DNA of 64,000 nt from Spizellomyces punctatus DAOM BR117 (Eukaryota): NCBI GenBank assembly GCA_000182565.2, contig KQ257458.1, one strand, 5' to 3'. Position numbers and translations under genes: made by a program. The number at the start of each line of letters is the position of its first letter. The first letter of the stretch is position 1. The notes beneath the pieces were generated by a model. It searched no databases. It worked only from the letters and a program-made list of their open reading frames with translations, and was not told the origin of the DNA. Shown piece by piece: positions 50,040-63,603 of this stretch.

Positions 50040-52010
50040 TTAGATATCCTCCCCTTCACGAAACCGCAACCAAGGATGCGCACACATTTCATCAACCGTG
50101 GCTCGTTGGTAGGGTTGGACCGTCAACATGCGCTTAATAAAGTCGCGATGGTCTAAACCAAAAAAAAAAAACTACACGGTCAAATACAAATGCAAAAATC
50201 ATGCGCAATGAAAACATAAACGCAACATACCAGGTTCAACACTCTCTGGAAAAAACACAACCCCCGCCAACGCACTCTCAATATTCTCAAAAGGCATGGC
50301 ACCACCAGTAGCAATCATATACAACAAACACCCCAAAGCCCATATATCCGCTTCCGGACCCCGATACAATCCACCAGCCAGGATTTCAGGCGCCGAAAAC
50401 AAGCGAGTACCATAAACAGCAAAATGACCCGTATTCTTTTGTGACATGCCAAAATCAACGAGTTTAATATGGATCGTGTCGGTGATGATCACGTTTTCGC
50501 CGCGAAAGTCGAGGTAGCAGTAGTTGTGGAGGGAAAGTTCGCGATAGGCAGAGACGAGTTGGCGGGAAAGGCGGCGTTGGATGGAGGGGTGGAGGGGGTG
50601 GTAGAGAGCGAGGAATTCGTCAAGGTCCCCTGGATGGCCGTGGCGGGGGCGTGTGAGGGAAGTGAGAGGGGGTTGGGGCCGGGAGGCGAGGAAAGTGAGG
50701 CGGAGAGAAGTGTCAGCGAGTGCCGGAGGGGGTGGGGTGACCCATCCGTCTCCAGAAAGAGCGTCGTTGTGCTTGATATCGTTTGGGGTGGTGGTGGTGG
50801 TGATGGGAGAGGGCGACGAGGACGTTGGGATCGTGGGTGTGGGGGGCGAGTCTGGGAAGCGCTCAGGAAAGCATTCGGGGAACCGACGTTGGCTCGTCCG
50901 TGTGGTCCTTGTTGTGGAACGTGTCAGGCTAGTGCTGCTTTTGTTTGTCGTTCTTGTAGTCGGATTTCGTGTGACTGCCGGAGACTCGGCATTTGACAAG
51001 GACTGCACATCCCCTTCCAAATGCTGCAAGAAATGCACCACTTTTTCCATAATAATGACATAAAATACGTCGTCCGCATAAAGAGCGAGAAAGCCAACGA
51101 TATTGGGATGTTTAATGTTGCGCATAATGTCTGCTTCGACGGGGATGGGAAAGGGGTATGCATCTGTGATGATGAGACTGGCTGGCGCGACACGATCGCG
51201 TGCAATGAATTTTGCGGCAACGGGTTTGCCGTCGAGACGATCGAGAGCGTCGGCAACGAAACCGTTCCCACCGTAGCCCAAGAGGCCAGTAAAAAGGTAG
51301 CGGTTCGAGAGTTCTTGGGGGAGCGTGTTGATGGTTTGTGCAAAGACGCGCATGACATTGTCGACTTCGTCATAGACTGTGTCTGCCGCGTCGGCCAGCC
51401 CCCCAGCAATCGTCTGGTCGGCAGGGAGATGTGAAGAGCCATTTTCTTGTTGCCCTGTCAAACTAGGACGCTGCCTGTCACCCCAATCTTGCCAAATTGA
51501 CCTTTCCACTTGTAGTTCTTCTTCCTCTTCTTCTTCGTGTTGCTCTTCTTCGTCATCCTCATCGTCAAAGGGATGAAATGTGTTTCGGCCAATTAGACGA
51601 GTCTTTATGACTGTTCTCCCCTTTGCATCTGTGCGAATTTTAACACGAACGTGCTCTGTGGTACTTGATGGACGGAGGAAAAATACGAATGAAAAGCATC
51701 GAAAGAAGATGCGTCTCAGCCGTCTCCAAAATGGTATGCGCCGTGGGCGAGGTAATGCCGAGTGTTCAGAGACGTGGCGTGATGGGAGGGGGCGAGAGAC
51801 TGAGCGGCGGAGAGGGGAGGGGGCAGAAGATGAGTGCACAAGGGCAGCTTGTGGAGCGACAATGTACGAGGCAAAGCCGTTTGTTCTTGTTGGACTACTA
51901 GTCGTCGCAGGTGTCGTAGTGAACAGAGTATCGGGAGAGACGCCAGAGGAGGGGGGAGAGACAGGGAAACTGGGTTCTGAGCCCTGCGCAGGCGGGGGAT
52001 AAGAAGCCAT
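50040..52010 (-). CDS. CAMK-group (PASK/PIM-like) Ser/Thr protein kinase with atypical catalytic loop
   Basis: LGYGGNGFV, VAAKFI, IKHPNIV, YLDFRGENV, LVDFGMS, GTRLFSAPE, DIWALGCLLY; last exon DHRDFIKRMLTVQPYQRATVDEMCAHPWL..* ending at 50040. Confidence 0.85.
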
Positions 52011-53227
52011 TTGGGTGAAATGGCCCCAGAGTGTCCACAGTCGAAAAAGGTGACTCTCAAGTGATGCCGGCCGCGACCCGTCCCCTAATCAGCAAATGCA
52101 CTCTCCCCAACTCTGCAAATGCACAAAACGTGCAGCGAGGTATCCCCAAGCGTACGAGAGCGGGCGTGCGGGTGTGCGTAAGAATGTGTGCGTGTAAATG
52201 TGCGTGCGTAATGCGCAACTCTGCCTGTGCCGGGTGGAATGCCAGTGTGCCAAAAAGGACGAGAACGACGACGAGAAGCGCTTTGAATGCAAATGCTAAA
52301 TCACGTGAGAAGATAAGATCACATGACCATGACAAGAGTTTGAATCAAAGCAAAGTAAATGGCATTTCAGTCTTCCTTCTCGCAGATGGAATGAATGCAA
52401 GATATTCTTCATATATGATACACCCACACAAAGATGTACATTACGGATGTGCATATGTATCTGGGAGGAGGAGATGGAGGGAGTGTGATACGGGGTAATT
52501 GACAACTGAAAGTTTGAACTCTCATTCTTGGATTCACTAAACGCATTGATGAAGGCTTTAAACAAGACATGTTTTTTCTACTCGTTCATTCAAAGCCTCA
52601 TTAGACTGAACCTAAACCTTGTTTATTTTCGATGCCGCCCCGTGTCTCGTAGCGTCATATCCAAGATTCATAACCTTCACGCCAATTGTGATATTCCATT
52701 TCCGTTACGTATTACTTGGTAGATTATTCAGGTACTTTTAAGCAATGTCTACAGTGGGACACCATGTAATTCTCTAGAGCGACATCGAATTGCAATCTGA
52801 TGCATCAAAATGACAGAGATTGTTTACTCTATACATACAGTGTGACATTCCATAGTCTACTATATCAACATATGAGATATGCATTGAGAAACCTATTGTC
52901 AAACACATTTCTGAATCCACTCTAGAAATACAAGCACAAGGACCATTATTCTTTTATTGCTGCATTTACACGAATGGCCATCTCTCTCTTGAAGAAGGAT
53001 CGTGTGGCTTGGTCGTGACGGAGGTTCGTGACGTAACCAAACTGGTTCAAAGTGTGCTTTTGGGCTCTAGCGTTTTCCTTCTTTATGGCTTTGGCAGTTT
53101 GACAACTGTCTGGTTTTCTTCCCCTAACCAACAGCAACATTTGCAAGTCGCAACCCGTGCATTGCACAATTTGCATATTTGCAAAACATCTCGACACTCA
53201 TCAACTGACACCCGCGCGACAACACAC

Positions 53228-55836
53228 ATGGCAACACCAAACCCATCCCTCCCCCCACCCGACGTACCTATCCTCGCAACACTCGACACCTCCGACCGCC
53301 CCTTTGAAGACATTATCGCCGACACCGCATCCCCTGTCATAGAATCCATTCTAGAGGACCGCCCCATCTTGCCCATCCCACGCTCCGCAGACGGTGTGGT
53401 TGTCATTGACGAGGGCCCACATGTGCAAGAGACAAGTGTGAGAAAACGGCTTGTTGGCAAAGTCAAGACGGTTCTAAAAGAGGTGTGAATGGTGTGTGTA
53501 TGATTATTTCGGTCATTGGGAGGGTAAATAAACTGGATTTTGGTTTTGAATTTGTTAGAGGGTTCGAAAGCAGGCTCGTGCTGCAAAGGATTTTGTAAAG
53601 TGCTTTACAGGTATGTGTTTTTGGCCCCTACTCTATCGTTCATTGGCTAGCACCAACATATCATCATCGGCTGTTGTGGTCGCCTATTACCATTGGCCTC
53701 CTTGTCATGTGTCTTGGTCATTAACCCATTTGTTGATGATCGCAGAACCGTATATACCACCCCCATCCAAACGCGCCGCCAAATCCCTCTCCATCACATC
53801 CATGAAAGATGCAGGAACAAGATTTCAATCCGCCATATCGCCCTATATCGACGTCTTGGAATACACTGTCAAATTATCGAGATGGGAAGATCCGTGGAAA
53901 ACGGGCGGATACGCAGTGGTAATATTCCCCCCTCCCCTCTGCTTTAAAGCCGATTCGAAAAAAAAAACACATGCAAAATCATAATGGATAGTTTTACTTT
54001 TTTAAAAAATTAGCTCTACTTTTGGGCTTGGTACGCTCGGTACCTCCCCTACATGATCCTCTTTGCACCCCTCGTAGGTCTCTTGTTCACCTACATGGAT
54101 ACCCACTCCCATCCCATCATCCAAGGACACCGCACCACCCCGCAAACAGCTTCAACGCAAGTTGGCGTCACATCCAGCCTCGCATCCGCTGCGACAGAGA
54201 GCTTTCATTATGCTGTGCATGGGGCGCCGGCGAGTGCGAGTGCTTGGTGGAAGGCACTCGGGGATTTGTATGGGACGGGGCGCGAAGGGTTGGGGCTGTT
54301 GGAGGATACGAGTGTTGTGTTGGAAAAGGTTAAAAAGTAAGTGTCCTGTTTACCTTGTAGCGTTTTCAAAAGCAGGTGGTAATGGTTTGCCCGGCGTCCG
54401 AATGATATTACAGTTTACTTGTATGGCGCGTCCCAGAAAAAACAGCGCAAGCAGCTCTCTTTTATACCGCTTTCATCGCCATCCTCCTCACCGTACCTTT
54501 CCCTACCCTCTTTTACTGCTCCCGTATGTACAAACTCCATACACTCTTTGTTATCCACTTGCACCTATTCACCTCTAGTCATTTTCGTTGCTTGGTAGAA
54601 TTCATTTTCGGGTGGTACTTTTTCGTCATTTTAGCGCTCAAGCACCATTTTCCACGCTACAGAGATGAATTTGACCCCATCTCCAATTTCTTTGAGAACA
54701 TACCTTCCGATGCCGACTTGCGCGAAAAGGACGCTATTGAAAACGAAAAGGTAAAAGAAGAGACTATTTTACGTAAATATTGATGAAAACATTAACACAC
54801 CAGATACAGCCCACGCTTCCATCTATTCTCAACCTCCCCCCAACACCCGTCCTCGATACTTTTACATGCATCCACACAAACCCCACCGCCATCCTCTCCT
54901 CAACATGGGGCACCATGTACACAACGCCCACACACTTGGCCTTTGTACCTAAATTCTCAGAGACATGCGTGGTGATCCCTGTGATGGACGTACAAAGGAT
55001 ACGTAGGATCCGGATTGAGAGTCTATTACCGGGGAGTGGACGCGGGATTGGGGTTGGATTGGAGGGCGGTGTAGAGGTAACGTATGTGTGCTTCACCATC
55101 AGTATGGCTTATAATGTTGTTAATAATTTTTTTATAGTATGTGTTTACGAGCTTTCCGGATCGGGAGGCGGTGTATAGGCATTTATGTGAGATTTGTTCG
55201 ATACCCCTTGATGCACCTTTGATACCCTCTTATGTCGAAAATGATGGCGAAAAGGTTTGAAAACTCTCCCACGTCATGGTCACCCGGAGGGTTATTGTTC
55301 TCATGCATTTGTTTAGGTACCGGATGACACAACAAGCGTATCATCATGCACATCCTCGGCAACAGATTTCACGGCAACTGGGTATAGCGTCTCGGATACA
55401 CAACTCGTAAGGATCAAATGAATATTGTGTTTTGCCCTACTCCAACAACGAGATACTCAAACACACACGTTTTTAGCCAACCCATCCCCACATCCACATC
55501 ACATCCCCCAAAACGCACACAAACCCGCTGGGTATCCCAACACATACAACCTACCTTATCATGATCCCCCAACTAAATATCTCCACGCGAAGACGATACA
55601 AGGAATTTGTCGCACTGCGTAAACAACTCCAACATGCAAAAAAATCCAACACTCAAGCACCAGCTTTGAATGTAATGAACGTGGCGGAATTGCCAGAAAA
55701 GAAACTTTTTGGAAGATTTGATCCACAGACGATACAGGATCGTCAGATTGCATTGGAGAGGTTTTTGAATGCGCTTGCTGTCAGGCCTGAAGTGTGGAGT
55801 TGTGAGCCTTTTATAAAGTTTATTAGGGGGGAATAA
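53228..55836 (+). CDS. Membrane protein with hydrophobic hairpin region, GRAM domain and C-terminal PX domain
   Basis: LSRWEDPWKT followed by TM segments; GRAM-like WGTMYTTPTHLAF..YVFTSFPDREAVY; PX RRRYKEFVALRKQL..LPEKKLFGRFDPQTIQDRQIALERFL. The GRAM-to-PX exons splice in frame (introns ~55255-55316 and ~55407-55476). Confidence 0.7.
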
Positions 55837-56469
55837 GTTGTGGTGTTGGATTGAATATTCACATATTGAATATACGAATTCCCTTCCTGGATAGCATAAA
55901 ACACACGTTATTGCGTGAATTGATGTGATGAGTTTGTTACAGAGAGTGTTTCTGACCAGGACGATTCATGATCGTCAACAATGCTGCATTGGATTTGAAA
56001 ATGTCCTTGGTATGAGGCTCAAAGTGTGTAGTTGTGGAGTCTGTATCATAGCAAGGACCTGTCCATACGAGATACGGTTATGCAGCCAGGATGTAATGTG
56101 CCCACACGATCAATAGTCATTATGCCCCATCATTCCCCATAACCCATAATCTCTTGCATGCCATGCCAAGATATTTCAAAATAACGAATAATATTGCTTG
56201 GCATCTAAAAAACCACACAGCACACATTTCAACGGAAGTGTTCAGTGGCTGTGTTACTGCGCATTCTCACAGAGGCACAGTCATGGCGATATGTGGGCTG
56301 AGCAAGATGAGCCTTTTTGGTTTTGCGGACGGGGGGGGATTGAAGGAAAGTGTTCAAAAGGAGCTTGAAAGATTTGGAGCATCCTTGTTCCAATTCCACA
56401 TCTTTTGCTAGTGTTTTGTAACGCACATCATACTACGTATACGGGTTTTAAGCGGACTCTAAGCCCAAA

Positions 56470-58006
56470 ATGATTTCAACGGGGACGATGCACCGCGTTC
56501 TCCTCCTACTCGCATTCAGCACCACCGTGCTCGGCTTTGGTCGATACAAACCACATGCCGGCGCACGCCCCCAGACATCCTTATGGGATGCACGACACCC
56601 TGGGTTTAAAGAAGCCGTCAGGTACTATTATCCCTATCGACCAGAACGGATACCCTATCAGCAGGCCTGGGAGGAGATTCCAGTGCCGAGGGTCGGGCCG
56701 GGTATTCCGCCTCCAGAGAGGAATGGACCGGAATGGTGGGGTGGAGAGGTTCCGCCTGTGAATGGTGAGGGGTGGGTACCTCCTCAAAAGGGTCAGTTTC
56801 CATCACCCAAGGGTCAATGGCCCCCTGTGAGTGAGGACGACTTTAAGCGGTTGCCAAACCCTTTTCAAAACCCATCACCCATGATGCCTACGACAACGAC
56901 TCGACCCGCTGCGGCATCTATGCCAACAACAACACCAAGCCTTGCTGCTCCTGCTGCTGTTTTGCCTGCTGCTGCTCCTGCTGTTGCTGCTGCTCCTGCT
57001 GTTGCTGCTGCTCCAGCAAGCCCTGCATCAGATGGAACCGTCAATAAACCTTCACCCGAATTCGCGGCCCTCCAAGCAAACGCAGCAAACGATACAGAAG
57101 GGAAGGCAATCGATAATATCAATGGTAGGGAGTGTTGTAATTCCCTCTATTCCAATGGTTTGTCGTATTGACATGCATGATGTGTAGCGGCTTTAAACCA
57201 GATTACCGTCTACAACACTGTTGGAGCCATTATTTTAATGGTGACGGGAATCATGTTTGTCTTTTTTGGACACAAGGTGTTTAAAGCTGTTATTTTTATC
57301 GGTGGATTTTACTTTGGAGGTACTACAGTGTTTTTGTGTATTGTATTTTTGGTTGGTGTACAAGTATTGATGATTTTTGTCTTTCTTAGGTGTTTTGGCC
57401 TACGTGACCCTCTCAGCCCTCGAAGCCCGCAACGTGAGTTTCGGCACACACCGCGACCTAATCTTCCTGATCGTCAGTATTATCGTCGGTCTCTTGATTG
57501 GATCCTTATTCTTGTGTGTCTGGCGGTTGGGTCTCTTTGCCATTGGCGCCATGCTCGGCTTTACCCTGGCCATCATGATCCTTTCACTAGGCAACGACGG
57601 TCTCTTGCACGGTGTCGGCCGCACAATCTTTATTGTCGTCCTGACAGTCGTATTCGGTATCCTGATCCTCTTTGCCGAACGTCCCATCTTGATCATTGGG
57701 ACCTCCTTTGCTGGTGCTTTTGCCCTGTTTGTCGGTATCGATGTCTTTGTCAAGGCGGGACTTGTTGACGCGCTGCGTCGGTTCCTTGCGAGCGGTTCCG
57801 TCGAGTACGTCCCTGCCAAAGGCGTTTACTTGGAATTGGGTGGAATTGTCCTTGTTGCGTTGGTGGGCATTGCTGTGCAGTGGTATATGACGCGCAATAA
57901 GGGACACAATCATCACCGTGGCAAGCTTGCGCATGGATCAAGGGGCGAAAAGGCACAGTTGGTTGCACCCGAGACGTCGCAGATTACGGTTGTGACAAAG
58001 CATTAA
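56470..58006 (+). CDS. TMEM198/TM7SF3 (DUF4203)-like multi-pass membrane protein with signal peptide and Pro/Ala-rich ectodomain
   Basis: Signal-like VLLLLAFSTTVLG, Pro/Ala-rich linker, then GIMFVFFGHKVFKAVIFIGGF..IIGTSFAGAFALFVGIDVF with about 7 TM helices. Confidence 0.8.
56944..57014 (+). repeat. Coding tandem repeat (18-bp gctgctgctcctgctgtt unit, encoding AAAPAV)
   Basis: Directly visible; encodes an Ala/Pro linker. Confidence 0.85.
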
Positions 58007-59526
58007 GGATTGGAATTGTTTTTGTGGGGATATATCCTTTTCTTTTTTTTGTATATTGGGATGGATGGGGATGCAGAGGAATATTTTTTTTGTTTGTATA
58101 CTTGAATGAACATGCGACTTTTGCATATTTTTGCAAAACACATTTATTTGTAACGAAGACTTATGGTCCGTCACATTCAATGGATTTAACATACATATCT
58201 ATGAATCTTGCATCCAACCGTCTCTCTACACCGACATCAGCCTTTAGGTCGGGTGTTCAGCAAATCCTATCATAAAATCTGGCTTTATCATTTCTTCTCC
58301 AATGCATACTGGCATGTTGTCCACTTTTAGTTATCCGATAGCGTCTTTTGGAAGGGTGGTTGTAGAGGGTAACTGGCGGGCAAGACAAGAGTTTGGGTTA
58401 ACATGGTGACAAGGGGAGATTGTAACGAATTCAAAGTGTGACTAGGTAGTTGGGTGATAACCCCTCCGCTAAATGTTCTTACTGAGAAAAAAGCAAGTTT
58501 TTGGGCACTTTAACAAAAAGATATCTCCCAAAGGGCAGCGCCAGAGTTTTCGAATGGAGATGGACAATGAGGGGAATAGACTATGTTAAAAAAGCTATAC
58601 TGGACGTGAAATCATTAGAATATAAACATAACGCTGTTCTGGTTCGGAATTGCCACAATGAAAATATTCAATACTGTCTATAAACTCCAAACGAACAACT
58701 CTATCCAAAGGGTTTTAAAAATCCCTTTTAATAACTCGGTTTCTTCAATGTGGGACTTGGAATGGTTTTCCAGTTTTTTTTTGAACGTATTTTCAAACTT
58801 TAGTTTCTCGTTTGTTGAGAGTACTTGTTAAGTGTATTTTGGAGGGGTTGGTAATGTTCTCTGTTTTCCGTCTTGAATAACTTGGGATGGATGATGGAGG
58901 GTGCAGGAACGGTAACATTTGGTAAAAAGTTACTTGGCTAGCTAATGGACGTAGTTTAATGACCAAGGGTTTGTAGTTTTTGACAGAATGCAATATGAAA
59001 GAATACTCTAGTATTTTTGATAAAAACGACACGGTTCAGTCCTGCATTCAAAAACGAAGCTACGAGAAAACGTCAAATCAAAAATACCAACTCAAGAATG
59101 TTTGATAAACGTCAATGTTCAAGTTGCATTTTATAGTTAAAGCTACGATGTGAGCAACATCATGGGCAAGAGTACAAATATTCTGGATGCTATGTATCTG
59201 CACTTTTCAAAAAACTTATGCATTAAAGGCACGTTTTAGCCATATCCATCTCTCAAGACCCAAACCAAAACCTACAGCACCGCATGTAAAATAAACCCAT
59301 AGAACCACCTTGAGAACAAAAAAAAAGAAAGAATACCTACGGTGGTTGGGACGAGTGAGTATAACATCATCACAACACACAAGATCACATTAAAGCCCCC
59401 CACATAAAAGCCTCACACCATCCAACAAAAAAAGCTTATAAAAACTTCCAACCGACCCAAATAACCCACATACAAGCAAATCGTTCTTTATACCACTATC
59501 TGTTTTGTTTTGCTAAAGTGATAACC

Positions 59527-60401
59527 ATGTCAGATGCCATCCAACCACCCGCAGGTGGTGGAATCCGGGGATCACTCTACGACGGTCGGCAGGGGTTCTC
59601 AAATGGTCGTATCCGATGTACGTATGCAAAAAGTCGTCAATTCCAGATAGACAAAAAAAAACATAGTTACATTGCATTTTTGTTCGAAATAGCTGCATGG
59701 GCCTCTGCATACGCACTCTACATCCTCTACCTCCTGGCACACCTACTGAAACCCATGTGGGATCGATACCTGGCACCCAGTACATCGGCACCAGCCACAA
59801 GTGGTCAAGGCGAAACGGTTCCAGCGACTACGTCGACGATTGCGGCGGCGGAGAGTATGGAAATGAGGCAAGAGAAGAGGTGGAAGAGGAGGTTGGGGAG
59901 GTTTGCGGGGGCTTTTCGGTGTGGGTTTTTGGCGATTTTGGCGACGACTTTGGTAAAAAATGTTTTTTTTTATTTATTATGGGGGATATTATGTAGTGCT
60001 GGCTTTTTTGTGTACAATTATTGATGCCAACTTTTGTTTTCTTTATAGGTGGTCATGTCTGGCCATGGGTATACTCGGGTAAGTGTATCTCATTCCCCTC
60101 AAAATAACAAAAAAAAAAATACCTAAATCTAAAACCTGAATTTTTAGACCTCGATTATTCTGCAATGGCTCGCATTCGCCTTTATTCTCGTCTGGGCTCT
60201 GGTTCAGTTCCTTCCATCTGCATGGGGATGGATCTTGGATGTCCTGGTATGTTTACATTATTTATGTCGTTCGTGTTTTTATCTATGAAAGGGATTAATG
60301 ATGGAGGGGGTTTGTAGGTGACGGCCATCTTTGTGATTTTGTTGCTGATTGTTTGGGGGATTGCGTGGTGGGCTGCTCCGTCGCAGGGAGTGGTGGGATG
60401 A
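59527..60401 (+). CDS. Small uncharacterised multi-pass membrane protein (about 5 exons)
   Basis: ATG 59527; hydrophobic exons AAWASAYALYILYLLAHLL, GFLAILATTL, LQWLAFAFILVWALVQF, VTAIFVILLLIVWGIAWW; TGA 60399-60401; GT-AG introns. Confidence 0.6.
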
Positions 60402-60642
60402 AGAAAAAGTTTTGTTTTTGCGCAAGGGTTGGAGTAGCATTTGCATATCAGAGTAATTGCTTTAAAGTAGTTTTATTGTGGTGCGTATTTTGTACTATTG
60501 TAAACAAAAGAAATATCATCTGTTTTTGCATTCGCTGCCGGTAAGCCAATGATATCTCGCCAAAAACCTTCCAATAAATCCTCCAGATCTTGCACGCCAG
60601 TCTACTCCCACACCTTTAATCCATCAACTCTACAAATCTCTT

Positions 60643-61228
60643 TTACGCAGCAGGAGCATTTTCCTTTTGTCCCAACTGCCCCGAAGCAATCATTTGCATA
60701 TACGTCCCAATAATCGCCATAAACGCAAACCTATAGAACACAACCAATCAATGACCCGCTAAACCCATAGTACAAATCTGGCTCATTTACGTACGATATC
60801 CCACTTGCACCCTGTCTACCATCCGATTCGCTCGCCTTGCTCGTGCATACTGATAGGATACTGCTTACCAATGCGACCCAAGATACCCACCGCAGCTAAA
60901 AAATGACATGAATTCTCTGCATGTGACAAGTTAAAAATGCAAAAATAAACATACGCGCAACACCATTCCTGTTATACCTAAACATGAAAAAGTATCAGCA
61001 AAATGCTATAAAAAAGATTAACCACAAAGAAACCCGCCCGAAAAACCTACCCGCAACAATCCCAACCATTCCAATCAAATCCCCCCATGGATTCCTCACT
61101 CGGAGGTGGATACTTGAACGGAACGATATCTACTCCATATTAGCCTCACATAGTATATTAATCATAGCAGACAGGCTAATGTTACCTTCCACCCGACGAG
61201 GATCCTCGTACGATCTCAGTCTGCCCAT
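60643..61228 (-). CDS. PAT complex subunit Asterix (WDR83OS/UPF0139), with an apparent 1-nt frameshift
   Basis: Not in the ORF track. Hand-spliced: MGRLRSYEDPRRVEDIVPFKYPPPSEESMG / DLIGMVGIVAGITGMVLRLRWVSWVALVSSILSVCTSKASESDGRQGASGISFAFMAIIGTYMQ..*, matching the Asterix pattern DPRR..PPP..GLMLK.KW.AW. Confidence 0.75.
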
Positions 61229-61664
61229 GTCGAATACCCTCACGAGTCCATCCTGTGTGCGTAGCGCTCATCATGCCCCCAGACCGCATCACGTGATATG
61301 CTGACGTAAAATCTGAGTTGGAAGGATTTTGAGGGGGGGCGGTGTTCCCTTTTTTTTCGATAGGTTTCCATTGTATGGCTACTTATGAACACTTGTGACG
61401 TTGTAATGGTATCATATCATACAGTGGGTAAACTGGTTTAGTTTGGAGTAAAGCAGTGTGTTGATGATGAGAAAAAGTGTTTATGGTTGAAAGTTGACAA
61501 CAGCGAATTGAAATGTGTTGAAAGTGACCCTTGAAATATTGGGGATCTGCATTGTGTCATTGTAGCGTTGGTAGCATCTTGACGTTTTAAACCCACGGGT
61601 ATCGTGAAAATCCCAACCCTTTCAGAAAGAACAGATCTCTCAAGTTTTGTCTTTCATTCCAATC

Positions 61665-63482
61665 ATGCGAGTACCAGCGCATTTCATAGCATCCTTTACT
61701 CCCTACCCATCCAGCTCCTCTCACAAAAAAGCCCTCCCACCCCCCAAAACACAATGTCCCGACAAGTACGTAACCCATCGACTCCCCACCGAGCTTTTAC
61801 AAAGCATCATGACCCGCCTCGATACACCCTCGTTAGCCTCCTCAGCTCAAGTCTGTAAAACATGGAACACCCTCTTAAGAGATAACATTCTCTGGAAACG
61901 TCTCTGTAATCAAAAGGATTGGCATCCAATCTCGAAAACAAGGACAGAAATGATTAAAGAGGTTTCATTGACACCTTGGAAACATGTATATAAACATAAT
62001 TTTTTGACGTGGGTGAATTGGATGAGGGGAGATTGTCAGGTGAGGAGTGTTTTGGATGTTGAGGGGAATGGTAGGTTTGTTGTTTTGGTGTGTTGGGATA
62101 TAATGGGAATCGTTACTTTTCCATTGGCTTTCGTAGTCTTTTTGACGTTTTACGTATTTCAGTTCATTCATGTGTTTTTTTTCTTGGTTTTGCTGTGTAG
62201 GGAGGAATCTACCTATGCAATTTGATGATTCGTGGGTTGTCTCGGTCGTCTTGGGCGAGGACGGCAAAGTGGTAAGTACACTTGTTCAAAATCCTGATAT
62301 CATCAACCTTCCTAACAACTCTTGACAGTGGGATATGGAAACAGGCGAATGCCATTTCCGCCTCGTAGGGCACCAAGGAACCATCTCAGCAGTAAAGGTA
62401 ACACCACTTCACCAACACACTACAATATAAAGAATGTCTCTCTAATATGGGTTTCTCTTTTTTCGTTTTCTCTCAGTTTGATCGGAAATACGTCGTAACG
62501 GGCGGGATTGACACGACACTGAAAATCTGGGACACATCGTCTGGAGAATGCCTACGGACCCTCGTAGGACACCAAGGCGAGATCGTTTCGGTACAATACG
62601 ATGATGATGTTGTTGTATCTGGATCTGAGGACTGTGATATTCGGGTAACGATTCTTTTTTTTGTATTTAATGTTGTTTGACTATTAAAACATTTCTTGTT
62701 GAAATCTCTGGATTTTTGGTGGTTCTTAGGTCTGGCGAATGGGCACTGGAGCGTGTTTATCGGTTCTTAGTGGACATACTGGGGCAGTCTGTTGTCTCCA
62801 ATTTGAAAAAGAAGTGATTGTATCTGGGTCGGCAGATCATACCATCAAAATCTGGTAAAACCCCCCAAAAAGAAGGAACTCAATCATCTCCCATAGACTT
62901 ACCACCACTCAACATTTACAAGGTCGTTATTGACACCCACAACCCCCCGCACCCTAACCGGACACACAGGATACGTCTATTGCCTCCAATTCAATCACAC
63001 ACGAATTTGTTCTGGCTCTGAAGACGCTTCTATCAAAGTATGGGATATGGCCTCTGGGGAGTGTCTTCAAACGCTTTTAGGACATGAAATGGGGGTGGTT
63101 TGTTTGCAATTTGATGAACGAAAGATTGTAAGTGGGAGTTCGGATAAGAGTGTCAAGGTGCGTTTTGTTTTATCAATGTCTTTAACGTTCCTCATCTGTA
63201 CTCACAATCTGTTCGCTTGCATTTGGATGGCTAGGTGTGGGATATGAAGACGGGGTCATGTCTCTACACTCTTAAACAACATACTGAAACGGTATGCCAA
63301 AAGTACGCTTTTTACCTGCACAGGTCGTATTGGTATCTCAACAATCATCCCAGGTCTGGAATCTAAAATTCACATCGACGAAACTCATCACGAGTTCATT
63401 TGATCGGTCGCTGCTAGTGTGGGATTTTGCTGTCATTGATGATGACGATGATAAAGAGGAGAACGAAGAAGAAAAAGAATAA
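61665..63482 (+). CDS. F-box/WD40-repeat protein (FBXW7/Cdc4/beta-TrCP-like)
   Basis: F-box RLPTELLQSIMTRLD..AQVCKTWNTLLRDNILWKRLC; WD40 repeats (VVTGGIDTTLKIWD, LVGHQGEI, SGSEDASIKVWD, TSSFDRSLLVWDF). Confidence 0.9.
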
Positions 63483-63603
63483 GACGCATAGAACCGGAAC
63501 CGTATAATTAGAACATTTAATCAAACACAATAATCAAGAATGGATGTATTTTGAGCGAGAAAATGAAATAATCACATAAAATTCAAAAAGATAAATGCGG
63601 GGG

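Noticed and set aside
16861-52010. cAMP/glycogen functional cluster (PDE hybrid, PhK, PASK-like kinase)
   Set aside because: The genes are interspersed with unrelated housekeeping genes; no evidence beyond chance proximity.
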